A program made the position numbers and the translations under genes. Source: Opitutales bacterium (GTDB lineage: Bacteria; Verrucomicrobiota; Verrucomicrobiia; Opitutales; PNEW01). From it: DNA of 32,000 nucleotides. Location: NCBI GenBank assembly GCA_965219535.1, contig CBDCNV010000002.1, positions 120,001 through 152,000 on the forward strand, read 5' to 3'. Positions 7,449 to 15,466 of the stretch are shown piece by piece (positions within the stretch are counted from its first letter, which is position 1; each line of letters opens with the position of its first letter). The notes below the pieces were generated by a model. It was not told where the DNA came from. It saw only the letters and a program-made list of their open reading frames with translations, and ran no database searches.

Positions 7449-9026
7449 TTGAGCAGTCTAAATAGCAGCGGATTCAGTGTAATTGATGGCCTGATTATTT
7501 TTGCCTATCTCGGTACACTTATGGGGATCGGGTTCTATTTTTCCAGAAAACAGAAAACACTCGATGACTATTTTAAAAGCGGCAAGCAGCTGGGCTGGTT
7601 AAGTGTAGGCATATCACTTATGGCGGCGCTTAACAGCGGGCTCGATTATATTAATACGCCGGCGGTCGTTTTTGGGATTGGAATGATCACAGTCATGTCT
7701 TTTTTAAGTTGGATACCTCTATATCCCTGGGTGACAAGAGTTACGATTCCCATGTATCGACGTTTAGATGTATTTTCTGCCTATGAATATCTGGAACTCC
7801 GTTTTGGTCTAGCGGTGCGTGCTGTGGGTTCGGGAATTTTTATTCTATGGCGAATAGGTTGGATGGGGGCCGCTTTGTATGTTCCCTGCCTCGCAGTCAA
7901 AGCGGCGACAGGGGGGCAATTAGATATCTTTTGGATGATTATCCTGTTGGGGTCTTTGGTCACCATCTACACGATGCTTGGGGGGATGAAGGCAGTTATC
8001 TGGACGGATGTGACGCAATTCTTCGTTATGTTTACCGGTCTATTTGCCACCCTTTATTTTATTATTTCCAATACACCGGGTGGCGTGAGTGAAGTCTACC
8101 GGCTGGCTCAAGAGTCGGGGAGAATTGATCTAATCGCTGACATTCCTGAAATGCAGGGCGCATCAATGATAGAGAAAATCAGGCTTTATCTGACCGAAGA
8201 ATTGACATTAGTGGGCGTCGTGCTCGTGGTGACTATTGGTCGATGCGCAGCTTTTACCGCTGACCAGATTGCCATTCTTCGTTTCCAGGCGATGCGTTCG
8301 ATAAAAGAAGCGAGGAAGTCTTATCTTATCAATGCCGTTTCGGATACGGTTTGGATGGTATTTCTCGGCTTTGTCGGGTTGGCCTTATTCGCTTTTTATC
8401 AACATGCCGAATACCCTCAAGGCATTCAGAACGATCACATCCTGCCCTATTTTATGGCGAATCATTTTCCTGTTGGTCTAACGGGATTGGTCATCGCTGC
8501 TATTTTTGCCGCTTCATTGTCCAGCGTTGATGCCGCGATAAATTCTACAACCTCGGTTATCGTTGTCGATTACTACAATCGGCTGTACTTAGGGAAAGTT
8601 CGTCCCGCTGAAAACCTCACTGCTGAGGAAGAGCGTAAGCAAATCCTTGTTGCACGAATTGCGACTCTCTGTATAGGGGGTGTCATGATCTTAGTGGCAA
8701 GTAATGTAGGGCGCATGGGAGAGTTATACGCCGCGGCAAATAGAATTATTGGATCCTTTTTTGGTCCACTCTTCGGGATCTTTGTTTTGGGGATGTTCAG
8801 TAGTAAATCACATAGCATCGGCGTGGTGATAGGAGCTCTTGCCGGTCTAACCACCAGTATATATGTCGCATTTTTCAGTGAGTTCAGCTGGGTGTGGCCC
8901 TCGCCGCTCGGAATATCAGCAACTCTAATAGTTGGTTATCTCGCGAGTTTGATAATCCCAAAAAAAGCAGTGGATAAACCACCCCTGACATTTAAAGAAG
9001 TAATGAAGTTACCCGAGCCGGATTGA
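7449..9026 (+). CDS. Sodium:solute symporter (SSF) family transporter
   Basis: 525-aa polytopic membrane ORF with a TTG start. It has about 13 hydrophobic segments and SSF-like stretches (GKQLGWLSVGISLMAA, YTMLGGMKAVIWTDVTQF, LTGLVIAAIFAASLSSVDAAINS). Confidence 0.85.
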   Translation: MSSLNSSGFSVIDGLIIFAYLGTLMGIGFYFSRKQKTLDDYFKSGKQLGWLSVGISLMAALNSGLDYINTPAVVFGIGMITVMSFLSWIPLYPWVTRVTIPMYRRLDVFSAYEYLELRFGLAVRAVGSGIFILWRIGWMGAALYVPCLAVKAATGGQLDIFWMIILLGSLVTIYTMLGGMKAVIWTDVTQFFVMFTGLFATLYFIISNTPGGVSEVYRLAQESGRIDLIADIPEMQGASMIEKIRLYLTEELTLVGVVLVVTIGRCAAFTADQIAILRFQAMRSIKEARKSYLINAVSDTVWMVFLGFVGLALFAFYQHAEYPQGIQNDHILPYFMANHFPVGLTGLVIAAIFAASLSSVDAAINSTTSVIVVDYYNRLYLGKVRPAENLTAEEERKQILVARIATLCIGGVMILVASNVGRMGELYAAANRIIGSFFGPLFGIFVLGMFSSKSHSIGVVIGALAGLTTSIYVAFFSEFSWVWPSPLGISATLIVGYLASLIIPKKAVDKPPLTFKEVMKLPEPD

Positions 9027-9214
9027 TTTAATAGCCCGTCATTTGCCAGGGAGGGGATTATTCGCAAACGGGCTCATCAGTTGTAAAAAATTAATTAAAA
9101 AATGTATAAATAGGTAAATTCAATGCTTTTTTATCGCCATAATATTAATCATACAGTAAATTATCTCTATCCTTTAAATAATTGAAGGATGCTTATTGTT
9201 AATACTATCAACAC

Positions 9215-9586
9215 ATGGAGAATATAATGATTAATAAAACAACTAATAAGGGATTTACCCTTGTAGAAATTATGATTGTGGTCGTGATCATCGGGCTGTT
9301 AGCAGCGATGGCGATACCGGCCTTCAATAAAGTCCGGCAGACCTCGCAGGACAAAACGATTACGAATAACTTAAGACAGGTAGCATCAGCAGCTGACCAG
9401 TACTTCATTGAAGAGGGGATGACCCAAGCGGTGTCGTCAGATATCATTGGTACAGCACTGTATGTAAAGGCGATGCCCCAGGCAGTGGCCGGCGAAGCCT
9501 ATTCAACCTTATTCCCGATCACAGCTGGGTTTACCCAACTATCGGTTAGCAAGGCTGACACTACTGTAGTTACCTTCGCTCAATAA
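9215..9586 (+). CDS. Prepilin-type N-terminal cleavage/methylation domain protein (short type IV pilin or pseudopilin-like), copy A
   Basis: It has a class III signal sequence, MINKTTNKG/FTLVEIMIVVVIIGLLAAMAIPAF, with Gly at -1, Phe at +1 and Glu at +5. The real start is probably ATG 9227, because GGAGA at 9217-9221 sits 5 nt upstream of it. The ORF track starts at 9215. The protein is identical to the 31001-31372 product. Confidence 0.88.
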   Translation: MENIMINKTTNKGFTLVEIMIVVVIIGLLAAMAIPAFNKVRQTSQDKTITNNLRQVASAADQYFIEEGMTQAVSSDIIGTALYVKAMPQAVAGEAYSTLFPITAGFTQLSVSKADTTVVTFAQ

Positions 9587-9607
9587 GTTGAAATAAATCT
9601 TATTAAA

Positions 9608-9641
9608 AGCCGCCTCATAGTAATATGAGGCGGCTTTTTTA
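9608..9641 (+). terminator. Rho-independent terminator after pilin copy A
   Basis: A perfect 12-bp stem pairs agccgcctcata with tatgaggcggct (9608-9635) around a gtaa tetraloop, followed by a T6 run. Confidence 0.85.
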
Positions 9642-9745
9642 TGTCTAAAGATAAAGTCCCAACTTACATAATACTATTAGCGTTTAGTGTTGAATTCATC
9701 GTGCTTGATAAACCGATGATATTAGTAGTAACTGTATTAATATGA
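9641..9745 (+). CDS. Candidate 34-codon hydrophobic upstream ORF (MSKDKVPTYIILLAFSVEFIVLDKPMILVVTVLI)
   Basis: The ATG lies directly at the end of the terminator T-run. The frame stays open for 34 codons in AT-rich DNA. Its TGA overlaps the ATG of the next gene as ATGA at 9742-9745. There is no homology evidence and it is below the ORF-track cutoff. Confidence 0.25.
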   Translation: MSKDKVPTYIILLAFSVEFIVLDKPMILVVTVLI

Positions 9746-10731
9746 TTAACAAATCTGCCATGGCTAATGCTGGGATGATATTGATCTCATTTATTTTGGC
9801 TTTAATACCCTACCAAGCTGAAGCCAGGGAGATTGAACCCGCGGATGTTTTTACCCGGGTAGCCCTGTTACGCGGAGAACTCGAATTATTGCGCTATGAG
9901 ATGGGGAAACCAAAAAGTTATCAACCTGAAATCAAAGTAGCCGATGCGGTGCCCCGCGAAGTATACGCGCAGGCGATTGCACTTTTTGAACTGGCTAATC
10001 GGTTTTGCTACGAACATACGCAAGAACTGGCAAAACCACCAGACAGGCATAAAGGGAAAATAATGCCCACTCATGTTTTTAATTTAGTGAATGCTGCCTT
10101 GAATCAAATAGGCATTGTAAAACTTAAATATAATATAAATGAGCGGATTCAGGAGTTACCTAGAGATCCCAGAATGACCCCATCCGATGTTTATCGCTCG
10201 ATAATCAATGCTCAACGTCAATTAAATATTCTTCTTGATAGGCAAGTAACACCGACTGATGTCTACCTGGAAGTGACAACAGCGATTGAACACGCATCCA
10301 GATTATTATTGTTTTTTCCCGACGCAGAATCACTACCTGCCACACCCCACTTCGAGCGTGGTAAAGTTCCAGTAGATATTTATTACAGACTGGTTCGCTG
10401 TTATGGTATTTTACAGGATATCGCTGAGCGTTCCGGGGTTAAGATACTTAAACTGGAAGAAATAAATATAGATTCAGATAGAATAGATATATTACAACTC
10501 AACGATAACCATTATCTTGCTACTTTAATCGTGTCTGAGCTTTCCTACCTCACTCAAATAATGAGAAATGCACCGAAATTATTCACGGATCCGAATTTAC
10601 TCACGGATTTTACATACTTCTTGGAGCGAAGATTTCCCCCTCACGTTTACCAAAAGCTAGGCGTTCTGGAAGAACAATTAGTAGAGATGAATGGGTGGGT
10701 TGCCAAAGTCCCCAATTGGCTGGGAGAGTAA
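9742..10731 (+). CDS. Secreted hypothetical protein built from ~38-residue repeats starting P-x-[DEH]-[VI]-[FY]
   Basis: 329-aa ORF with a signal peptide (MANAGMILISFILALIPYQAEA/RE). Repeat starts are at P33 PADVF, P71 PREVY, P109 PTHVF, P147 PSDVY, P171 PTDVY, P210 PVDIY and P299 PPHVY. I do not recognise the family. Confidence 0.7.
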   Translation: MINKSAMANAGMILISFILALIPYQAEAREIEPADVFTRVALLRGELELLRYEMGKPKSYQPEIKVADAVPREVYAQAIALFELANRFCYEHTQELAKPPDRHKGKIMPTHVFNLVNAALNQIGIVKLKYNINERIQELPRDPRMTPSDVYRSIINAQRQLNILLDRQVTPTDVYLEVTTAIEHASRLLLFFPDAESLPATPHFERGKVPVDIYYRLVRCYGILQDIAERSGVKILKLEEINIDSDRIDILQLNDNHYLATLIVSELSYLTQIMRNAPKLFTDPNLLTDFTYFLERRFPPHVYQKLGVLEEQLVEMNGWVAKVPNWLGE

Positions 10732-10790
10732 GGATATTTAACGCCGGGAATTGGAGCGATCATAGGTTAGAGGGAGGGGTTACGAAATTT

Positions 10791-11180
10791 GATCGCCGAC
10801 CTGCCAGTCCCGCCACTGCGGGAGCGAAGTTTTATATTAACGAATATAGAGAGAAAACCATTTCCCACGCATTTGCACGAAATGCCCGCCGTCGCTCTTC
10901 GAGCTATAGCGCGCAGCCTTCGCCAAGCCATAAAACGATCGAGCAATTCATTGGCCTTCGATAGCTGATAGCTGGCCTGCCAGCCGTAGCCCAACGGGCG
11001 AAGTTTTATTTTAACGAATAAATGGAGAAAACCATTTCCCACGCATTTGCACGAAATGCCCGCCGTCGCTCTTCGAGCTATGGCGCGCAGCCTTCGCCGA
11101 GCAATGGACCTTTTAATGTTCTTTTACGTAATCAACACCTGATAGCTGGCCTGCCAGCCGTAGCCCAACGGGCGAAGGCT
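10791..11180. repeat. Tandem repeat with a 174-bp period, 2.2 units, abutting the 3' end of tRNA-Arg
   Basis: Positions 10965-11003 are identical to 11139-11177. Positions 10824-10927 versus 10998-11101 are about 94% identical. The ~36-nt stretches 10928-10964 and 11102-11138 are unrelated to each other. The leading block of unit 1 (10791-10823) is a diverged version of the same sequence. Confidence 0.9.
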
Positions 11181-11254
11181 GGTGCCCCCACCGAGACTCG
11201 AACTCGGATTAACGGTTTAGGAAACCGCGGTTCTATCCATTGAACTATGGGGAC
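11180..11254 (-). tRNA. tRNA-Arg, anticodon CCT
   Basis: The reverse complement folds as a canonical 75-nt cloverleaf: GTCCCCA TA GTTC AATGGATA GAAC C GCGGT TTCCTAA ACCGT TAAT CCGAG TTCGAGT CTCGG TGGGGGC A CCA. It has a 7-bp acceptor stem, a TTCGAGT T-loop and an encoded CCA. Confidence 0.93.
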
Positions 11255-11467
11255 AATTGATTAGCAACTTCTCAAAAGTTGAAATTCTCGATTTCTAATA
11301 ATAAAAAAATCACATTGCATATCAAATTAATTAAAAAAATTTAGTGTTCAAAGATAGATTTATTTGACAAGGAGTCGGAGGGTAAAGATTCTTTTTTTCC
11401 CACCCTATAATTTGATATTTAATTAGGTTTTTTAATGCTTTAATTATAAATTACCTGAATCTGTTCT

Positions 11468-13066
11468 GTGAGTAACACATATTCTCCAAATATTTCGGCT
11501 GAATTAATCCCATTCCCGATCTTTATTTACGATCTAATTGAGAAGAGAATTGCTTATGCCAATGGCGAGCTGGAAAATTTATCGGGCTACTCTTCTCAGG
11601 AGATTCAGACAAAAGAAATTGATTTTTTTCACGCCTTAAATCAGCAAAAAAACGATAATTATTCACCTTCGTGCTTGTTAGAGCTTGATAAATTGAAACC
11701 TAACGAACGTTTCAGTTGTGCCGCTCACATGCAAGACCGCGCTGGGCATCATCTGATTTTAAAAATTACGTTTACCGCTTATCAGTTCAATTCTGATAGT
11801 GAGATAATTCAAGTGTTGGGCGTAGTTGAAAATATAACTCAAAGTGTAGCATCAAATAAGCGATTGGAAGAAAGGTTGGATGCGGCCTGTAAAAGAGCAG
11901 AGTCTGCTAATCGAGTGAAATCATTATTTCTCGCGAATATGAGCCATGAAATTCGCACACCGATGAATGCGCTTATGGGGATGTGCGAATTACTTCATGA
12001 AACTTCCCTTGATGAAGAGCAGTTGGAATACTTGAATACGATTAAGAATTCAGGGAGAAATCTTCTAAATTTGCTCAATGATATACTGGATCTTTCGAAG
12101 ATCGAAGCGAACAAACTCGAAATCGATTCCGTATCGTTTAATCTTCATCAATGGCTGCAAGAGACTTTGGCTCTGTTCTCTTCCAAAATTTATGCCAAAC
12201 AGTTGGAGTTCATTTGTGACGAGGATGAAAATCTTCCTCTGATCATTGAATCCGATCCCAATCGATTGCGGCAAATTTTGATCAATCTTCTAAGCAACGC
12301 AGTTAAATTCACGATGAGTGGTGAAATTGTCGTTTCAGTTTCATTAGCAGAACAGTTTTCTGACAGTTCAGCGGAACTCAAATTTTCTATTCTCGATACA
12401 GGGTTAGGGATCTCTGAAGATAAACTGGATTACATATTTGACGCTTTTAATCAAGGTAGTCATTCAACCGCGCGCAATTTTGGAGGTACGGGTCTTGGTC
12501 TTACGATTACAAAACACCTGGCGAAAATGATGGGGGGTGATCTTAAAGTTAAAAGTGAATTAGGAAAAGGTTCTACCTTCACTTTTACCGTAAAGGTAAA
12601 TTCTTTCTCATTGGCACGTGTTCCATTAATAGATTGGAATAAAGAAAAACATGCACTCGTTATCGAAAACCCCATGACCTTTAGTGGTCTTGCCGCGAAA
12701 TTAAAACGATTAGAAGTTCCGACAGTATTTGCGCATACCGTGGATAAAGCCCTGAGCCTTTTAGAGTATGATATTAATGACTTTGGGGTTGTCTTTATCG
12801 ATGCCCAGTGGTCGATGTCACAAGTTGATGGAATGGCGGATAAAATTATTGATTTGGTCAACGACTATCATTTGCCATTAATTATTATAAATTCGCTCGG
12901 TAAAACGGAATCCTATAGCAGAAAATTGAAGTTTCCGGCCGTGCGGCTATTCAAGCCTTTCATGTTTCATCAGTTGCGGGAGAAGTTAGATCAAGTCCTT
13001 CAAAGCGATAGAGAGAATACTTATCTCGTCCCCGGTAATAAGTCTACTAACCTGGAAGAAAATTGA
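11468..13066 (+). CDS. PAS-domain sensor histidine kinase with a C-terminal atypical receiver-like domain
   Basis: 532-aa ORF with a GTG start. It has the HisKA H-box SLFLANMSHEIRTPMNAL (His160) and the HATPase_c N, G1 and G2 boxes (LINLLSNAVKF, DTGLGI, GGTGLGLTITKHLAKMMGG). Residues ~395-512 are REC-like: EN replaces the usual DD pair, while an Asp (FIDAQW) and a Lys (FKPF) are retained. Confidence 0.85.
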   Translation: MSNTYSPNISAELIPFPIFIYDLIEKRIAYANGELENLSGYSSQEIQTKEIDFFHALNQQKNDNYSPSCLLELDKLKPNERFSCAAHMQDRAGHHLILKITFTAYQFNSDSEIIQVLGVVENITQSVASNKRLEERLDAACKRAESANRVKSLFLANMSHEIRTPMNALMGMCELLHETSLDEEQLEYLNTIKNSGRNLLNLLNDILDLSKIEANKLEIDSVSFNLHQWLQETLALFSSKIYAKQLEFICDEDENLPLIIESDPNRLRQILINLLSNAVKFTMSGEIVVSVSLAEQFSDSSAELKFSILDTGLGISEDKLDYIFDAFNQGSHSTARNFGGTGLGLTITKHLAKMMGGDLKVKSELGKGSTFTFTVKVNSFSLARVPLIDWNKEKHALVIENPMTFSGLAAKLKRLEVPTVFAHTVDKALSLLEYDINDFGVVFIDAQWSMSQVDGMADKIIDLVNDYHLPLIIINSLGKTESYSRKLKFPAVRLFKPFMFHQLREKLDQVLQSDRENTYLVPGNKSTNLEEN

Positions 13067-13293
13067 GGAGGGGAGCATAACCGAGGTTCTGGCAAAGGAA
13101 AACAATCGCAAGGTATTACTTGTCTAAGATTTTATAGTCACTTTGACGTAAATCTGCCCTACTTATTACTGCTCCTAAGTAATAATGCGGTGAAGAAATA
13201 AAATTAAACTTTTGATTGCTTTTTAGAACCATAAGTTTATGAATTTTAAGCTTTTTCTGATGGGAGTAAGCTAATCCCGTTGATGATAATATT

Positions 13294-13992
13294 ATGAAAC
13301 AACTAGAATTAAAAGTTATTCCCAGGGAGGAGACCGGCCGAGGGTCAAATCGCCGCTTACGCGCATCAGGAAAAATACCCGCTGTCATTTATGGTAAAAA
13401 AGGAAGTCAGCCGCTAATCATTGAGCAAACCGACTTCCGCGTTCTCTGGAAAGCAATATCTGGTGTTACTGCATTAATTCAAGTTGACGTTGAGGGGGAT
13501 AAACCGGCGTTAACGATTATAAAGGAAGTACAACGCGATGCTCGTACGGATCAATTCCTCCATATTGACTTTCATGAGGTATCAAGCACTGAAAGGATGC
13601 ATACATATGTAGCTGTTCATATAATCGGTGAAGCTATCGGGGTTAAGAACGAAGGCTCCCTCATGGAAATTTTCGCTCATGATCTGGAGATACGCTGTTT
13701 ACCAGGTGACTTACCTGCAACAATTGATATTGATGTTTCTGAGCTCCACACTGGCGATTCAATCCACATTAAAGATATTACAGAAATCGCGGGGGTCGAA
13801 TTTATAGCCGATCCGGAATTGCTTGTCGTTGCTTGCGTAGCACCAGCGGTTCTAGAAGAACCGGTTGTAGTAGATGAAGAGGAAGTTGATGAGGAGGAAT
13901 TGGAAGAGGGTAAAGAACCGTCAGAAGGCGAAGCACCCACATCAAAAAGTGAGGATCAGGGTGAGACGGATAAATCTGATTCCGATTCTTAA
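13294..13992 (+). CDS. rplY: 50S ribosomal protein L25 / general stress protein Ctc, long form with an acidic tail
   Basis: 232-aa ORF. The N-terminus LKVIPREETGRGSNRRLRASGKIPAVIYG is the L25/Ctc signature. It lies next to pth, as in many bacteria. The C-terminal tail is rich in Glu and Asp. Confidence 0.9.
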   Translation: MKQLELKVIPREETGRGSNRRLRASGKIPAVIYGKKGSQPLIIEQTDFRVLWKAISGVTALIQVDVEGDKPALTIIKEVQRDARTDQFLHIDFHEVSSTERMHTYVAVHIIGEAIGVKNEGSLMEIFAHDLEIRCLPGDLPATIDIDVSELHTGDSIHIKDITEIAGVEFIADPELLVVACVAPAVLEEPVVVDEEEVDEEELEEGKEPSEGEAPTSKSEDQGETDKSDSDS

Positions 13993-14009
13993 AAAGCTCA
14001 GCTTAGAGA

Positions 14010-14038
14010 TAAAGTCGTCTTAGACTTTACCCCTTTTT
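14010..14038 (+). terminator. Possible weak terminator or attenuator between rplY and pth
   Basis: A 7-bp stem pairs taaagtc (14010-14016) with gacttta (14023-14029), followed by cccctttttaaaattttt. The stem is AT-rich, so it may terminate only partially. Confidence 0.4.
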
Positions 14039-14057
14039 AAAATTTTTAATTTTAGTC

Positions 14058-14660
14058 ATGTCCATATTGGTTATTGCGGGATTGGGAAACCCTGGGGATG
14101 AATATCGTCACACGCGACATAATATAGGATTTGAAATTGTTGATAGTTTGAATAAACAGAATGGCGGGAAATGGAAATCTGAGAACAGATTTGAAGCAGA
14201 AGTCGCTCGTCTTACCCTGGATAAAAAATCCTTATTGTTGGTAAAACCACTCACCTACATGAATGAAAGTGGTCGTTCTCTAAAACTACTCTGCGACTAT
14301 TATAAAATAGCAGTTGAGAATTTGATCATTGTAGCTGATGAAGTACAAATTAATTTGGGGGAAATGAAAATCACAACAAACGGAAGCGCCGGCGGCCATA
14401 ATGGCATTGATAGTGTCATCCAACACCTGGGTGATGGGTTTTCCCGTTTTCGTATTGGCATTGGTCCAAAAGTGCCGCCTGAAATCGAACTGAAAGTTTT
14501 CGTTCTTAGTAAATTTAATGCCCAAGAGCAGGAGGTTGTGAATAACAAAATGAGCGATTATTTGACCAATCTTCAGCTCCTTATTGACAGAGGACCAAAC
14601 CTTGCCATGAATCAAATAAACAAACGAAATAAAACTACTGATGAATCAAACTTTAACTAG
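14058..14660 (+). CDS. pth: Peptidyl-tRNA hydrolase
   Basis: 200-aa ORF with LVIAGLGNPGDEYRHTRHNIGF and GGHNGIDS motifs, which are canonical for Pth. Confidence 0.92.
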   Translation: MSILVIAGLGNPGDEYRHTRHNIGFEIVDSLNKQNGGKWKSENRFEAEVARLTLDKKSLLLVKPLTYMNESGRSLKLLCDYYKIAVENLIIVADEVQINLGEMKITTNGSAGGHNGIDSVIQHLGDGFSRFRIGIGPKVPPEIELKVFVLSKFNAQEQEVVNNKMSDYLTNLQLLIDRGPNLAMNQINKRNKTTDESNFN

Positions 14661-14943
14661 CCGTAATTATAATGCCTCCATCATTCTCGATACGCGTGGC
14701 GTTGAAGAGACAATTGATGCGCTTATTGAACAATTGAAAAAAGCAATTGAAGAGGTGGGAGGTGAAGTTGGTGATGTGAATAATCTCGGTCGGTTTGATT
14801 ATATACGTGTCACAGATAAAAAACATCTCGCAGATTTTTATTTAAACATCGCTTTTAACGGTCCACCTGATGCCCCTTGTCAATTGCAGGAAAACTTGCG
14901 CCTTGAAAAGACGGTTAAACGCATCATTATACAATCCGTATAA
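14641..14943 (+). CDS. rpsF: 30S ribosomal protein S6
   Basis: 100-aa ORF. RNYNASIILD aligns with the RHYEIVFMV-type S6 N-terminus. Its position directly upstream of ssb and rplI matches the conserved rpsF-ssb-(rpsR)-rplI cluster. It overlaps the end of pth by 20 nt. Confidence 0.72.
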   Translation: MNQTLTSRNYNASIILDTRGVEETIDALIEQLKKAIEEVGGEVGDVNNLGRFDYIRVTDKKHLADFYLNIAFNGPPDAPCQLQENLRLEKTVKRIIIQSV

Positions 14944-14961
14944 TAATACCTTCAAAGCGAA

Positions 14962-15417
14962 ATGGCATCCTACAATAAAGTAATCCTGATGGGCAATTTG
15001 ACGCGTGACCCCGAACTTCGGGTCACGCCAAAAGGAACTTCTGTTTGTCAGATTGGATTGGCGGTTAATCGTACTTATCGTGATAGTGATGGTAATAGCC
15101 GTGAAGATGTTACCTTCGTTGATGTTGATGCGTTTGGTAAACAGGCCGAAGTCCTGGCAAAGTACATGAATAAAGGACGACCAATACTCGTAGAGGGGAG
15201 ACTTCAATTAGACTCATGGAAAAGCAAAACGGGAGAAAAGCGCAATAAGTTAAAAGTCATCCTGGAAGGGTTTCAATTTGTAGGTAGTAGAAGCGATGGA
15301 GGAGATTCAAGTTATGAAAATGTATCCCCTCCATCACGAAAATCCGATATGGGTAACACCGGCGCATCATCCGGAAGTGTAGATGAACCGGATATCGATG
15401 ATGATGTTCCTTTTTAA
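14962..15417 (+). CDS. ssb: Single-stranded DNA-binding protein
   Basis: 151-aa ORF. The OB-fold N-terminus is YNKVILMGNLTRDPELRVTPKGTSVCQIGLAVNR. It has a Gly/Ser-rich linker and the acidic C-terminal tip DIDDDVPF. Confidence 0.93.
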   Translation: MASYNKVILMGNLTRDPELRVTPKGTSVCQIGLAVNRTYRDSDGNSREDVTFVDVDAFGKQAEVLAKYMNKGRPILVEGRLQLDSWKSKTGEKRNKLKVILEGFQFVGSRSDGGDSSYENVSPPSRKSDMGNTGASSGSVDEPDIDDDVPF

Positions 15418-15466
15418 TATTCTAATTTAAATTTTATCGTTTAATCATTTTTAATAAAATAAAACC

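Noticed and set aside
10791-11180. The conserved-module plus variable-spacer layout resembles a CRISPR array.
   Set aside because: The repeats are about 140 nt rather than 24-48 nt. There are only 2.2 units, the first unit is diverged, and there are no cas genes or a leader in the window. This is not a CRISPR array.
10695-11243. Four tracked ORFs lie inside the tandem repeat: 10695-10964 (+), 10767-11042 (-), 11022-11243 (+), and part of the region near the tRNA. One example product is MEKTISHAFARNARRRSSSYGAQPSPS...
   Set aside because: They lie entirely within repeated non-coding-looking DNA and overlap each other on both strands. One of them runs into the tRNA gene. The ATG is present in only one repeat unit, and the products are low-complexity and rich in Arg, Ser and Ala. 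They are most likely artefacts of GC-rich repeats.
9027-11254. The pilin, the repeat protein and the repeats next to a tRNA could be a tRNA-targeted genomic island.
   Set aside because: There is no integrase, no direct repeat of the tRNA 3' end, no obvious compositional break, and the region is only ~2 kb. The evidence is insufficient to call an island.
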